From contig NC_043010.1 in assembly GCF_006345805.1 (NCBI RefSeq), forward strand, positions 38,006,001 to 38,070,000: DNA of 64,000 bases. Direction: 5' to 3'. The stretch comes from Octopus sinensis. Its lineage: Eukaryota. Under the pieces are notes generated by a model that had not been told where the DNA came from, did no database searches, and saw only the letters and a list, made by a program, of their open reading frames with translations. Below are positions 12,961-27,346 of this stretch, one piece after another; the first letter of the stretch is position 1, and the number at the start of each line of letters is the position of its first letter. Position numbers and translations under genes: made by a program.

Positions 12961-14596
12961 ACACACACACATGCACACGTCTTTTTTTTTACGCATGTAC
13001 AAATATATCATTATTATATGAAACTCCACTCCATGACCTCTCCAAAGTGATATGATTTTATATATACATGAATGTATAGTGAATACCTTCACACACACAC
13101 ATGACAGGCTTCTTTCAGTTTCCGTTTACCAGATCCACTTACAAGTTCTTGGTTCTATAGTAAAAGAGCCTTGCCCAAGGTGGGACTGAACCTAAGAGTC
13201 ACGTATTTTGGAAGCCAACTTCTTAGCCACACAGCCATATCTACACCGACCTATTCATTCAATCACTCTCACTCCTCACTCATTGGCTGATCCACTCACT
13301 CATTCACCCATTGACTAATCCACTTGCTCATTCTTTCATTTACTCAATCACTCATTCCTTCACCCACTCTGTGTACCAATTGGAATGGTGAAAGTGGTTC
13401 TTAAAGTCAATATAATTTTAGTCCGATAGCCAAGCTGATGGGAGATTTCTGTTCCTCCTTTGCTTATATATTCAAATAGACAAGCATCAAAATATATTTC
13501 TTTACTACCCACAAGGGGCTAAACACAGAGGGGGGTGTCAAACAAGGACAGACAAATGGATTAAGTCGATTACATCGACCCCAGTAGGTAACTGGTACTT
13601 TAATTTATTGATCCCGAAAGGATGAAAGGCAAAGTCGACCTCGGCGGAATTTGAACCCAGAACGTAACGGCAGACGAAATACGGCTACGCATTTCGCCCG
13701 GCGTGCTAACGTCTCTGCCAGCTCGCCGACAGGCATCAAAATACTCTTATAACCTAGCATCAAAACCCTCCTGTTATTTATCTAGCATTAGAATACTCCT
13801 GTCATTTTTTAAACATTAGAATACTCCTGTACTCCCATCATGTTTTTGTCAAGTAAAAACATGAACTCAGTGAAATTAGATATGCAAGCTTATATGAAAT
13901 GTCTTTGATGCATTATCTAACTTTATTCTTTATTTTCTGGTGTGGAATGGCAAGGAGGAGGAGGGGGAGGAAGAAACAGAAAGCAGGCTTTGGAGTGTTA
14001 ATGTAGCACATTCTGTGAGAATCTGATACTTGTCATGCTGGAAACTGTCCGCATGCTTCGATATTTATCAATCATATTAAAATATTATTTATCAGTATTT
14101 TGTTTTGAAGGCTTTGGGTTTTTTTTTTCTTTTCTTTCTTTTTCTTTGACAGATGTCGCTTCCAAAATTTGACAATTTTTCATTTTTTTTTTTTTTTGCT
14201 GTTTTGTTTTATTTTCTACTTCAAACACGATATAACGAAAATTTTAAAACACAAAACACAACACCACCAGTGTTATGTAGCTCCCTCTTTCCACCAAAAC
14301 ATTAGCTATGGCTGGTTCTTCATTATTGTTGTCATAAAATTTACCATTCATCTAGTGTATGATGTCTATTTTAGCATTAGTGTTTCAGCAGCGGCTGCCG
14401 CCGTTCCATTTCTTTGGATTTTAGATTTCTGCTGTGTGCTGTTGGAAATTCTAACCTAATCTTTTATGATGCTACTTCACATAATTGATTCATTGCTGTG
14501 GCTCTCCTCATGTTCCAGAATGTCTCAGGAGGAAGGAGGTCTTTTTTTTTTTGTTCATTTATTTATTTGTTTATTTTATTTCTTTGAGTTTTTTTG

Positions 14597-14628
<32 letters not shown>

Positions 14629-17055
14629 GGCAAGCCAATGGTTGTTAAAATAAACAACTTTTTAAACTGTCCTGTGATAATTTTTGTGATGCAGAGTTGT
14701 TAAATGTTTGATTATTTCTGTATCTAGATGAAAGTTTGTTGTCATCACTGTCACCATCATCGCTTCTTTTTCATCATCATCTTCATCATCAATCATCATC
14801 ATCATCATCACCATTATCAGCCTGTTTTTTACGTCATTTTTTTTTTACCTATGGGCCTCTTTCATTCCTATTTTACTCAGGTGGACCCTCCTAGCCATCC
14901 AATGTTTAAAAAATCCTATCCTATTTTTATAATTAAGTATTATAAGGAATTGTGTAAAAGAAAATTGTTTAAATATTTTGTGTATTATAGAAATATAACC
15001 AGTTTATTGCAGATAAATCTGAACATCAAAACTTTGTATGAATCGCAAAGTATCATGTTGACCCTATGCAAGAACCACTGGTCTACTCTACTGGAGCTTC
15101 TCTACAGCCCTAAAGTAGTGATATTTGGTCACAGGCCTTTGTTTAATGTCTGTTTTCCATGCTGGCATGGATTGGACAGTTTGACTGGGACTGGCAAACC
15201 AGAAGGCTGTACCAGACTCCAATCTGATCTGACAGTTTCTACAGCTGGATGCCCTTCCTAATGCCAACCACTCCAAGAGTGTAATGGGTGCTTTTTACAT
15301 GCCACTGGTATGGAGGCCAGTCAGGCGGTACTGGCATTGACCATGCTTGAATGGTGCTTTTTACATGCCACCAACACTGGAGCCAGTCAGGCGGAAGTGG
15401 CAATGACCACACTCGAATGCTGCTTTTTACATGCCACCAGCATGGGAGCCAGTCATGTAGCACTGACATCGACCATGCTTGAATGGTGCTTTTTACGTGC
15501 CAGTCAGGCGGCACTGGCGAAAATCATGCTTGAATGCTGCTTTTTACATGGCACTGGCACAGGAGTCAATCAGGTGGAACTGGCATCGACCACACTCGAA
15601 TACTGCCTTTTACATGCCACCGGCATAAGAGCCAGTCATGTGGCACTGGCATCGACCACGCTCAAATGAAGCTTTTTATGTGCCACCGGCACGGGTGCCA
15701 GTCAGATAGCACTGGCAATGACCATGCAGGAATGCTGCATTTTATGTGTCACCGGCATAGGAGCCAGTCATGTGGCACTGGCATTGCCCACACTCAAATG
15801 GTGCTTTTTACGTGCCACTGGCACAGGAGCCAATCAGGTGGCACTGGTATTGGCCACAACTGACTTCTCTTGACTCAAGAATATAGTCACTTTACTGGAG
15901 TGATGCTCTTTTCTGTTTTCACTTCGCCTGTGGTGGATTCCTGAAGCAGTTCTCTGTTTTTTTTTTTTTTTTATTTTATTTTTCACCATACTTCACACAC
16001 TTACCACTCCTACCATAGCGCTTGGACTATTCTTGTGTCCATATTCTACGTAACCATACTTCATTTGGAGAACATTCCCAACCTTGTTGTCTGTGATATT
16101 ATTGTCAGTTGGATGGAGTACACTGTATCAATTAATTTACTAAATCTAGATTTCTTGTAATAATGTCTAATTAGATCTCTTTCTCCCCCCTCCTTCTCTC
16201 TCTCACTTTACCTGCAGGTCCCTGAGAATTACACCATTTATATTTTTACCATAGTCCCTAGGACACACCCCATTTTCTTGTAATTTGGGTTCCGTATCGC
16301 CACGTATATTTTCCAATAAAAGTAGGTAGGAACACCTTCATTTGGGAATGTAAGGTGAGTCAGCTATACCAACTCCAGTATTTAACTGGTACTGTATATT
16401 ACTAACCCAGATAATAGATTATATATGTATTGTTCAAACTTGCAGAAAACAAAAGACGAAATTAGGTGAAGGAACAACAAGCAGGTGTGTGTGTGTGTGT
16501 GTATTGTTTGGTTTATAATATATCATTATTATTATTATTATTATTATTTATTCTTTTGTGTCATGAGACTGCAGCCTTAATGGAGTGCTGCCTTGAAGGG
16601 TTTTAGTCAAACAAATCATCCCCAGAACTTTTTTTTTTTAAAGCCTAGTACTTATTCTATCACACTGTTTTGGTGAGCCGCTAAGTTACAGGTATGTAAA
16701 CACACCAATGAATGATGATGAAGGGACAAAAAATACACATACACACACACACACACATATATATATACATACAATGGGCTTCTTTCATTTTCTGTCTACC
16801 AAATCCACTCAAGGCTTTGGTCAACCCAAGGCTATAGTAAAAGACACTTGCCCGAGATGCCATGCAGTGGGACTGAACCCAGAACCATGTAGTTAGGAAG
16901 CCAGGTTTCTTAGCACACAGCCACACTGTATTTGTTTCAAAGCAGAAAAAAATCCAGCAAGGCAAAATCATCATCATCATCACATTAAATGTCCTTCCTG
17001 CACACTGGCATGGCTTGGATAGTTGTACGAGGTCCAATGAGTAATTTTATTATTA

Positions 17056-17086
<31 letters not shown>

Positions 17087-17384
17087 CATCATTATTATTA
17101 TTATGATTATTATTATTATCATTATTAGTATTATTAAGGGGGTGAGCTTGCAGAATTGTTAGCATACCAGGCGAGATGCTTAGTGATATTTCAGCCATCT
17201 TTACGTTCTGAGTTCAAATTCTGCTACGGTCAACTTTGTCTGTCACCCTTTTGGGGTCAATGAAATAAGTAGCTTTTGAGCACTGGGGTAGATGTAATCA
17301 ACTATCCCTCTCCCCACAAATTCAGGCTTTGTGCCTATATTAAAAAGGATTATTATTGTTATCATCATCATTATTATTGTTGCA

Positions 17385-17727
17385 AAGGTGAAGGAATTAT
17401 TTTCAGTCATGTTTGTTTGTCCATGGACAAGATATCTCAAGAACCACTGGATAGATTCAGATGATACTTTCAGGGATGTTTGGTCTTGTGACTGGCATGA
17501 ACTGATTAGATTTTGGGATCAATCTGGTACCAGGCAAGGATTCTGGATTATTTTCCATTTTTTACACTTAATTTTTGAGAGCGGTTGGGTTCATTTTTAG
17601 TATTCTCGTTTATGAGAGCAGTCGAGTTTATTTCAATTATTCTCAATTTAAAAATCATCTCCAGCTAATCATTGAGAGGAGGTTGGTGTCACCTCGGTGG
17701 AGGTTTGCACTCTCTGAGTGCTCTTGT
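17385..17727 (+). mobile_element. Helentron-associated (HINE/DINE-like) non-autonomous element; second copy at 36375-36682
   Basis: (TTTG)n near the 5' end, subterminal inverted repeat remnants (acctctgcc / ggtggaggt) and a 3' hairpin gcactc-tct-gagtgc; the two copies are ~90% alike by eye. Confidence 0.5.
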
Positions 17728-20700
17728 TGTTACTAAGACGATGGGCTGACAGAATCATTGGTGTGTTGAACAAAATGCTCAGTAGCATTTCTTCCAACTC
17801 TTTATATTTCTGAGTTCGAATCCTGCTGAGGTCAAAAAATAAAAAAATAAGGCAGCAGTCAAGAACCAGCATCAGTTGTAATCAACTGATCCCCTATCCC
17901 CCACTAAAGTTGCTGGTTTTGTACCAAAATTTGAAAACAATCATCATCATCATCGTTATTATTATTTTCTGTAAACAATGTGTGGTTGAGTAATTTCTTG
18001 CCGTCATCAATGCTGCACATCAGAGTTCAGAATTATTAAGAGCAAAAACAAAACAACTGCGACTTGAAATTCCATCCATCTTACCTACCTACCTACCTGA
18101 CCAACCAACCGACTGACCGACCAGCCGATCAACCAATGAAAATTGATTTTTGCTTTCTTTTTTCTTCTTCTTCTTCATCTTCCTCTTTTCCTCCCCCCCA
18201 TTCTTCTTATCCTCCTCCCACTTCTCCCCTATCGTTCACCTCCCCCCCACCTCCAACAGTTATCCCCCATCCTCCCGCTCGACCACCACCACAACCCTCT
18301 TTTCGAAAATTGCCAATTAAGTGATTTGTTAAGGATAACTTCCTTTCATGTCTGTAAAGCTGAAAGTATGGCGACTATAGTAACGCCATACAACCACCAC
18401 CGCCACCACCACCACCATCGCCACCACCTTCCATTCACGCCCCTACCCAATCTCCTCCACCCCCACCTTCACGTTCCGGCTAACACCTCCACTGGTCTCC
18501 GACAACACCGCTACCATCCGTGACGTGCAACAACCACTACACTGTGAATGATACTGTAATGTTACCATCTCAGTCTCTCTATTGTGCTCGCCCCCTCCCC
18601 ACCCACACACCTCTCTTCGGCACTCCCCTCCCCCTCCCCCTGCCATCATCATTACTACTGCAATCACCACTACCTTCATCCTAATCATCACCACCGCCAT
18701 CACCTGCACAATCACCACTACCACCAACACCATTGCCACCTTACCACCACTACCACCACCTTCACCATCATGATCACCACCACTACTACCACCACCATTA
18801 CCACTGCTATCACTATCACCACTATCACCACCATCACTATCAAATATGAACACCACTACCACTGTCACCAATACCGATGTTGTCACCACCAACACCACAC
18901 CAACATTGGTACAATAACACCACTACCACCGCCACTACCACTAACAGTATGTTCTGATACTACTGTCATCACTGCTATGCCTGTACTACAATCGCCATCA
19001 TCGTTGTCACCACTCTGATACAACTGCCAACACTATGCCAACAACACTACAATATTGTCTCTACCATCACCACTATTAATGCAAACTTAACACCATCACT
19101 GTGTGGTGTGTTACATGTACTACCACCATCGCCACTACACTACACTCACCAGTGTCACCACTAACACCACCATGATACATTCGCCAACACCACATTCTCC
19201 AGCACACTACTATTACTGCTACTACTACTACTACCACCACCACCACCACTACTTCTACAAGTACTACTACTACTGTTGTCACTGCCACCACCACCACTAC
19301 TGCTATTACTACTACTACTACCACCACTTCTGCTGCTACTACTACTAGTTTATGTATTTACTACATGTACTACCACTGTGCTGTGCTTGTGAACACCACA
19401 CCACTACCACCAGTACCACCACCACCACACTGTCATTAGTGTAATGTCATCACTACCATTGTCATCAATCCAATAGCATCATTGCTGTCGGTGGAGCACA
19501 GACCATCATGAGCCAGCAAAATAGCCTTTATGTGGTGGTTCTGTTTCCTGGAAATAGCAGCCAAATCTCCATAAAAAAAAATCACATCTTACTGTCTTTA
19601 AAAATGAGGGTCGGGGGATGTTGGATAATCTGATCCTGCATTTGCTGTTCATAGGGGAAAAGGTGGGATCATCACAGCTGGAATGCTTTTGATCAGAGGT
19701 CTGTTCCGATGTGGCTGACCTGGGTTAAACAGCATCAATAATCACAGAAACCACCATCGCCTCTATCACCCTCATCACCACCATTGGTTTAATACCAACT
19801 GTGTCATCTTAGATTCCCTGTTCTTGCTCTTATGACCACCTTTCGGCCCACCTCCACTAACTTACCTGTTACAGTCAATGAGAGAGCTCTTACATGGTTG
19901 CTCAGTCTGCAAGATATGGCAGCCAAATGTTCCTAGAATCACATGCTACTGTTTAAAAAGGGGAGTCGCTTTTGACAATAGGGAGCATGGTTGCAACTGG
20001 AACAGCTTTGATCATAGGCCTGCCCAACCGTGTCTGACCTGGAACTAAATGACAACAACACAGCAATATGGTGAGTTGATGAGAAGCCTGCACATGGTCA
20101 CTTGATCCATTAGAAGTAGCAGCCAAATATTTCTATCACACTTCTGCAGAATAGCTCAGAAATAGCATGCTGCAGATTTTTAAAAATATAACTTAAGGCT
20201 TTTTTAAAAAATCAATACTAATGTGTGAGCATCTTGAAAAATGTGTTGTCCATAATTTTGTTGCACAAAAATTACTATTAATAAAACGAGGTAAGTAATA
20301 GATTTTTGTATTTTTGGACAATCTAGACTGCCTCAAAAGAAGGGCCACACAACTGATTAGTACAGATGTGCTGCTCCAACTTCTGTCCTATGCATAAGTA
20401 TGCTGTCTCTTCTCTCTGCTCTTTTTTCTTCTTTTTTGTAGTGTTACTATCTCTAGAGAAGGGCCAACCAATTGACTAGCATAAAGTCACTCACACTCAT
20501 ACTCCAGCCTCTGGCCCTACATAGGTGTGCTAGCTTTTCTCTGCTTTTTTTGTATTTGTAGTGCTAATATATCTAAAGAAAGGCGAACCAACTCATTAAT
20601 ATAGGTGTGCTCTCTCTCCTTTTTGTAGTGCTACCATAATGGTTTCTACACCTTGAATCTGTCTGTACTCATGCTGGCCCTCTTATCTCTCCTCCCTTCA

Positions 20701-21934
20701 ACTCTTTTTAATTTGACACCTGCTGGCAAAATATGAACAGGGAAGGAGTTGCCAAGGTACCTAGGAAAGTCCCTCAGGAATTTCTTTCCTACCTGTGCTT
20801 TATTTGTGACAGGCGTTGTCTTGCAAAGGTTTAAGAGGAACATTGATAATGTCAATCTTACAAGACTAGGAAATCCTGTGAAGGCCAGAGGGCATTGTCC
20901 CTTCCTTCAGACCCAGCAAGTAAAAAAGACTTTGAAACAGGTTTATATACTTATAAGTGCACCTGTAATTTATTTCATTTGATCTCTACTGTCTCCACGA
21001 AATCAAAAAAGCAGACCATATTGGAAAATGTTGTTTTGGATACAATATGGCTGAATAGAAGAAGGCTTGGGCTCAGCTGGAATATCTGTGATCAAAGTGC
21101 TTAGATTTCAACAGTATAGATGAACATCACAGCTGGATCCATAACTGCCGCCACCACCACCACCACCACCAGTGGCTCTACAACATGATCTCTTAATTTT
21201 GCCAGAAATAGCAACCAGGTGCAGGTATGGCTGTGTGGTTAAGACATGATGGCATTGGTGGTGGTGTTGGTGGCGACACAGCTGCTGCTTACTTCTGCAT
21301 GATGTTGGGTTGAATGGATTGATACATAAGTATTTATCTGTTGAACATGCAACACATGCAGGTGATGGTGGTGGAGGCGGCGGAAGCAACAGCAGCAGCA
21401 GTGGTGGTGGTGGTGGTGATGTTGTTGTTGTTTTTTAGACTCAAGTCAGCCCTGGTAAAGCAGACAAATAATTGAAAGCATTCTAGCTGTCTTTCACATA
21501 GTGTCGTTTTATATCCTGTCTTCCTTGACATTGTGTACCTAGGACTACATCATCTATCGTGTCCCTTCTTTGCTGACTTTGTTGTTTAGATGTAGGTCAG
21601 CTCCAATCAAACAGATCAGCAGAGCCGTAATCAATAGCAATCCAGCTGTGACGATCATGTCTTCTTTTACTGACCGAGTGTATCTTGGACTACATCATCT
21701 ATCGTGCCCCTTCTTTGCTGATTTCGTTGTTTAGTTGTAGATCAGCTCTAATCAGATAAACCTGTAGAGCCATGATCAAAAACAATCCAGCTGTGACTAT
21801 CATGTCCTTATTAGGCATAGTGTATCTCAGAATACTTTTTGTTGTTGTTGTTGTTATCAGCTTCCAATGAACAAACACGGAATCAAAAGCAATCCAGCCA
21901 TGGCCTTTTCATCATATTTTGTTTATCAGGCATA

Positions 21935-22335
21935 GGCGTAGGAGTGGCTGTGTGGTAAGTAGCTTGCTTACCAACCACATGGTTCCGGGTTCAGTCCCAC
22001 TGCGTGGCACCTTGGGCAAGTGCCTTCTACTATAGCCTCTGGCCGACCAAAGCCTTGTGAGTGGATTTGGTAGACGGAAACTGAAAGAAGCCCGTCGTAT
22101 ATATGTATATATATATATGTGTATGTTTGTGTGTTGTGTTTGTCCCCACCACCCACCAACATCGCTTGACAACCGATGCTGGTGTATTTACGTCTCCGTA
22201 ACTTAGCGGTTCGGCAAAAGAGACTGATAGAATAAGTACTAGGCTTACAAAGAATAAGTCATGGGGTCGATTTCCTCGACTAAAGGCGGTGCTCCAGCAT
22301 GGCCACAGTCAAATGACTGAAACAAGTAAAATGAG
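21935..22335 (+). mobile_element. SINE family A (tRNA-like head, CORE-like GCACCTTGGGCAAGTG segment, internal (TA)/(TG), gaaacaagtaaaagag tail); representative copy
   Basis: Near-identical copies at ~1885-2230, 28376-28782, 42930-43345, 44783-45157 (+) and 16560-16925, 40225-40530, 58870-59281, 61635-62021 (-), plus many fragments. Confidence 0.9.
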
Positions 22336-25108
22336 TGTGAGTATATCTAGGATTTCATTATCAGTGTGTCCTACCATTCTTTTTTAAGTCAGCAGCACAT
22401 GATTTGTGTAAGATTTGGCTACTATTTTTAGCAGGTTGAGTGACCTCATAGAAACTTCTTCGTTGTTGTTGCTCGGTTCTAGGTCAGCTCTGATTCAGCA
22501 GATTTAGGATCAAAGACGTTCTAGCCATGACCACTCCATCTAATGTTCAGTGTTGTGTGTAAAGCTGTTTTAAACAATCTGTCCTTCCTAGTTTGTAAAA
22601 TAGTTGGGAGTGATGTTAATGACATATCACTGCTATTTCTAGTAAGTCGGGTGACCATTTAGAAATATTCTCACTTGTTGGCGATGCTTACGCAGTTGCT
22701 ATGGTAACAATTAATACAATAGTGACAATTTGATAATGATGGTAATAGTGTTAGTGGGGCCAGTGGTGGTGATAGTACTGGTAGTGGTGGCAATATTAGT
22801 GGTGATTGTGGTGGTGGCAGTGGTAATGGCGATTGCGCTGTGGTAGCAGTGGTGGTGTTGGTGGTGGTATTCCACAACAACATGAACAAGAGCACAAAGA
22901 GAAACAATAGCCTTAAGTACAAGAACATCAACAACAACCACCACCACCACCACCACCATCATCACCATCATCATTGCAGTAATCTGTTGCCTTAATTCTA
23001 ACATAAAGATTGAAATAAAAGGAAGCCTGGTGGAATGGTATGGGTTGATGGGAGCTGCCGGGGTGGGTGGGGGTGGGACAAAGCTGGGCAGCTGGGGGAG
23101 GGGTGTTGATGAAGGAAAGTTGGTGAGGTGGAGTGGGGGTGGGGTGAGGGAAGAGGCTGTGTAGTGGCGATGGCGGCGGCGGTGGTGGTGGTGTAGGTGG
23201 TGGGGAGGTAGGTGACCACAAAACAGATAATACTTACAACCAATTGTGTTCTTTGAAGTTTTGGAGTATCTCAGATCTTCCTTAAAATTGATTCTTGGAT
23301 GGTGAATGGCTGTTGTTGTTGTTAATGTTTGGCGCAATGGTGATTGTTGTGGTGCTAATGCCGGGCAGGCGTGGTGGTGGTGGTGGTGGTGGTGGTGGTG
23401 GTGTTAATGTTGGTGTAATGGTGATCATTGCGGTGGAGGTGGTGGTGGAGATGGTGATGATGGCGGCGGTGGTGGTGGTGTTAATGTTAGTGTATGGTGG
23501 TTGTTGTGGTGGGGGGGGATGTAATGGTGATCATTGCGGTGAAGATGGTGGTGTTACTGTTGGTCTATAATTTTTGTTGTGGTGGTGGTGGTGTTAATAT
23601 CCATGTAATAGTGATTATCGTGGTGGTGGATATGTGCATAGTTGTGGCAGTGCCAACGGGGTAGTATTGTAGTGGTGAAGTTGGTGTAATAATGGTGTTG
23701 GTGGTGGTAGTGGTGTTCGTAATATTGTGTAGTTAAGAAAGAAATGTTGCAGTATGGTTGGTATAATGGTAGTTGGTGGTGTAATAGTGGCAGTGATGAT
23801 GGTGGTGGTGGTGGTGGTGGTGGTGGTAGTAGTAGTAGTAATGTCAGTGTAATGGTGGTAGTTGAAGTGTTAATATGGGTGGTGGTAGTTGCAGTGTTAG
23901 TTGTGGTGTTGGTGTTGGAGGTAGTTGTAGTGCTTAGTGATGGTGGTGGAGATGGTAGTGCTGGTGGTGATGTTGGTGGTAGTGGTAGAGGTGGTAGTTA
24001 TAGTGTTGATGAATAAACTGTTGTAAGGATTGTAGCTTTGGTGCTTGGCATTTGGCACTGGTGGTAGTAGTGTGAGATATATATATGTGTGTGGGTATAC
24101 ATACACACACATACATAAAACTACATACATTAGATATATAAATATATGTATGTAATTATAATTAAGGACACCACAATATATATATACACACATACACACA
24201 CACACACACAACACACACACATACATATTTCTATATATATACATATATATATATATATTAACTATTATCTGTGCGGGGTGGCGTCATTTGAAGGCTAAAA
24301 AAATGCGAAGCGCATTGTGACCAGCGATGTGTAACAACATCTGATAGCCTGGTCGGTCACGGTGATATATACTATATATATATATATATATATATATACT
24401 ATTAGCCTGCTCGCTTAGCCAGCGGGGTGGCGTCATTTGAAGGCTAAAAAAATGCGAAGCGCATTGTGACCAGCGATGTGTAACAACATCTGATAGCCTG
24501 GTTGGTCACGGTGATATATACTATATATATATATATATATAATATATACTCTTATACATAGCAAATACAAAAAGTTCCTGGCTTTGGTTAAAAGAAAATA
24601 CAGGTAGATAACTATGATTTTATTCAACGTATTCTAGGTTTGCAAACTTATTGCGACGGTCCTTCAGTTTTTCTAAGCCCTGTAAAAGGAACTCGGAAGG
24701 TTGGGCCTCCAACCAGACCTTTTGTGATACCCTTAAGGCAAGGAACTTTTCAGTACCCTCTCGTGTGTGTATACGTATCTGTATATACATACATATATAT
24801 ATATATATCGTGATCACGTGACCAACCAGACCATCAGATGTTGCTACACATCGCTGGTCACAATGTGCTTTGCATTGTTTTAGCCTTCGAATGACGCCAC
24901 CTCGCTGGCTAAGCGAGCAGGCCAACAGAAGAAAGAGTGAGAGAAAGTTGTGGTGAAAGAGTACAGCAGGGATCTCCATCCCCTGCCGGAGCCTCGTGGA
25001 GCTTTAGGTGTTTTCGTTCAATAAACACTCACAACGCCCGGTCTAGGAATCGAAACCGCAATCCTACGACTGCGAGTCCGCTGCCCTAACCACTGGGCCA
25101 TTGCTCCT

Positions 25109-25163
<55 letters not shown>

Positions 25164-25253
25164 CATACACACACACACACACATAGATAGATAGATATGG
25201 CTAGTCTATAGAATTACCTTAGATTTTGATTAATGATTTACCGAAGATATACA

Positions 25254-25289
<36 letters not shown>

Positions 25290-25303
25290 TATATATCATC
25301 ATC

Positions 25304-25338
<35 letters not shown>

Positions 25339-26049
25339 TACATATATATATAAATATATATATATACACACACATACATACACTCATATATATATGCACA
25401 CACACACAAATTATGAATTTCAAACACCTCTACATACATAAGTAATGACAGTGGTGCCATGCTGATTGTTGTGGTGATGTAAAGTAAATGGCTATGGTGG
25501 TGGTGGTGGTGGAGATTATAATATGGGGCTTTAGTGGGTCTGATGGTGGCAGTAGTAGTCTTCTTGTAACAGTGGGAGGTGGGGTTGGTGTGGTGGTGGT
25601 GGTGGTGGTGGTGGTGGTGGTGGTGGTGGTGGTGGTGTTGACTCGGTGGTAGTCAAGGATGAAGCGACTGAAGCAAATAAGGAAATAGATTCTTAAATTT
25701 CAGTGTAAATGATGTTGAAAATTGGCCATGTGTGTGTGTGTGTGTGTGCATACTTGTAGAGAAGAATTTGAAATTTATAATTTGCGTGTATATAAATATG
25801 TGTGTGTATGTATGCAGGCTTATATGTATATTTATATAAATTTATAGATATGTATCTATATATGTATTTATATATTTTAAAATAAATGTATGTATATATA
25901 TATATATGATTATATGTGTATATATATATGTATGTATGTATATGATTATATGTGTACATATATGTATGTATATGATTATATGTGTATATATATGTATGTA
26001 TGTATTTGATTATATGTGTGTAAATATATGTATATATGTATATGATTAC

Positions 26050-26088
<39 letters not shown>

Positions 26089-26144
26089 AATATATGTGTG
26101 TGTTTGTGTGTATGTCTGCAGATGATTATGTGTGTGTATATATG

Positions 26145-26177
<33 letters not shown>

Positions 26178-27182
26178 ATGATATATATATGTGCATGTCG
26201 AAATGTGTGTGTTTGTATATGCATAAATATGGGTATATGTTTATATGTTATATATACATATATGTGTGCAGAGGTGTTTGTTCAAATGAGTGTGAAAGAT
26301 TAATTGGTGTATGTGCATATTATGCATTTAATTGTGTTTTTATAAGTACACACATGCATATTTATACACACATGTACATTTAGATATATCAAATACATGT
26401 CTCTGCCTATGTTTGAACATGTACGTGTGTGTGTGTGTGTGAGTGTATATATATATAATATATATACAATACACACATGTGCACACTTGCACATAGACTG
26501 TGCATATATGCATAATTTTATGATTAATATATGAACCCCTCCCCCCTATATACCACGTATATATCATTGTTTGATTAAATGCCTGAATTTGCATGCATGC
26601 ATGCAAATTCATGCGTTAAGCCGGTTCATTGCAGCTGCATCTCTCACTATAGCAACCACTGTAAAGTGGTGAAGGGTGTGCACCCAGGCATGTGTGTGCA
26701 CCAGGGCATGATGCAAATGGTTTTAAGGTTAGATGTCCTGTGTGCCAACTGATATGTCTGTATATAGGTATGCATGTGTGTGTGTATATATATATATATA
26801 TATGTATGTGTGTATATATATATATATAATGTATGTATACATGTATGTATATATATATATATGTATGTATAAGAGACCAAAGTGTACATATGCCGGTATG
26901 TGTATATAAAAAGGAATACAAAAAATGAGACAAGAACGCAAAACATCCAGACAGTTAGATGATACAAAAAAAGGGACAAGAAAAACAAGGAGCTGTGATT
27001 CAGAGTTTTCTTTCCTCAGTCGAGTTCCAGATTATCTTTGCAATTTCTGCTGGTTATATTCGTGATTGCAAAGATAATCTGGAACTCGACTGAGGTAAGA
27101 AAACTCCTTGTTTTCCTTGTCCCTTTTTTGTATCATCTAATTGTCTGGATGTTTTGCATTCTTGTCCCACTTTTTGTATTCC

Positions 27183-27225
<43 letters not shown>

Positions 27226-27300
27226 GAAGGTTTGAAACCTTTCATATATAATTCCACTCGTGCGGTACCTTATAACTCCACTTTGTTATATATATACATA

Positions 27301-27346
<46 letters not shown>

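Noticed and set aside
20646-21104. Overlapping 69-77-aa ORFs in non-repetitive sequence as a nested gene or LINE fragment
   Set aside because: No recognisable motif or convincing splice pair.
18443-23570. His/Thr/Pro/Val-rich ORFs in CAC and GTG tracts; possible long-range pairing of 18.4-19.4 kb with 22.7-24.0 kb
   Set aside because: Trinucleotide low-complexity sequence; complementarity is only compositional, with no unique register found.
27000-27110. CUGAGGA heptamer in the 26.9-kb fold-back as a fourth hammerhead
   Set aside because: No properly placed stem II, GAAA or stem III downstream in either arm.
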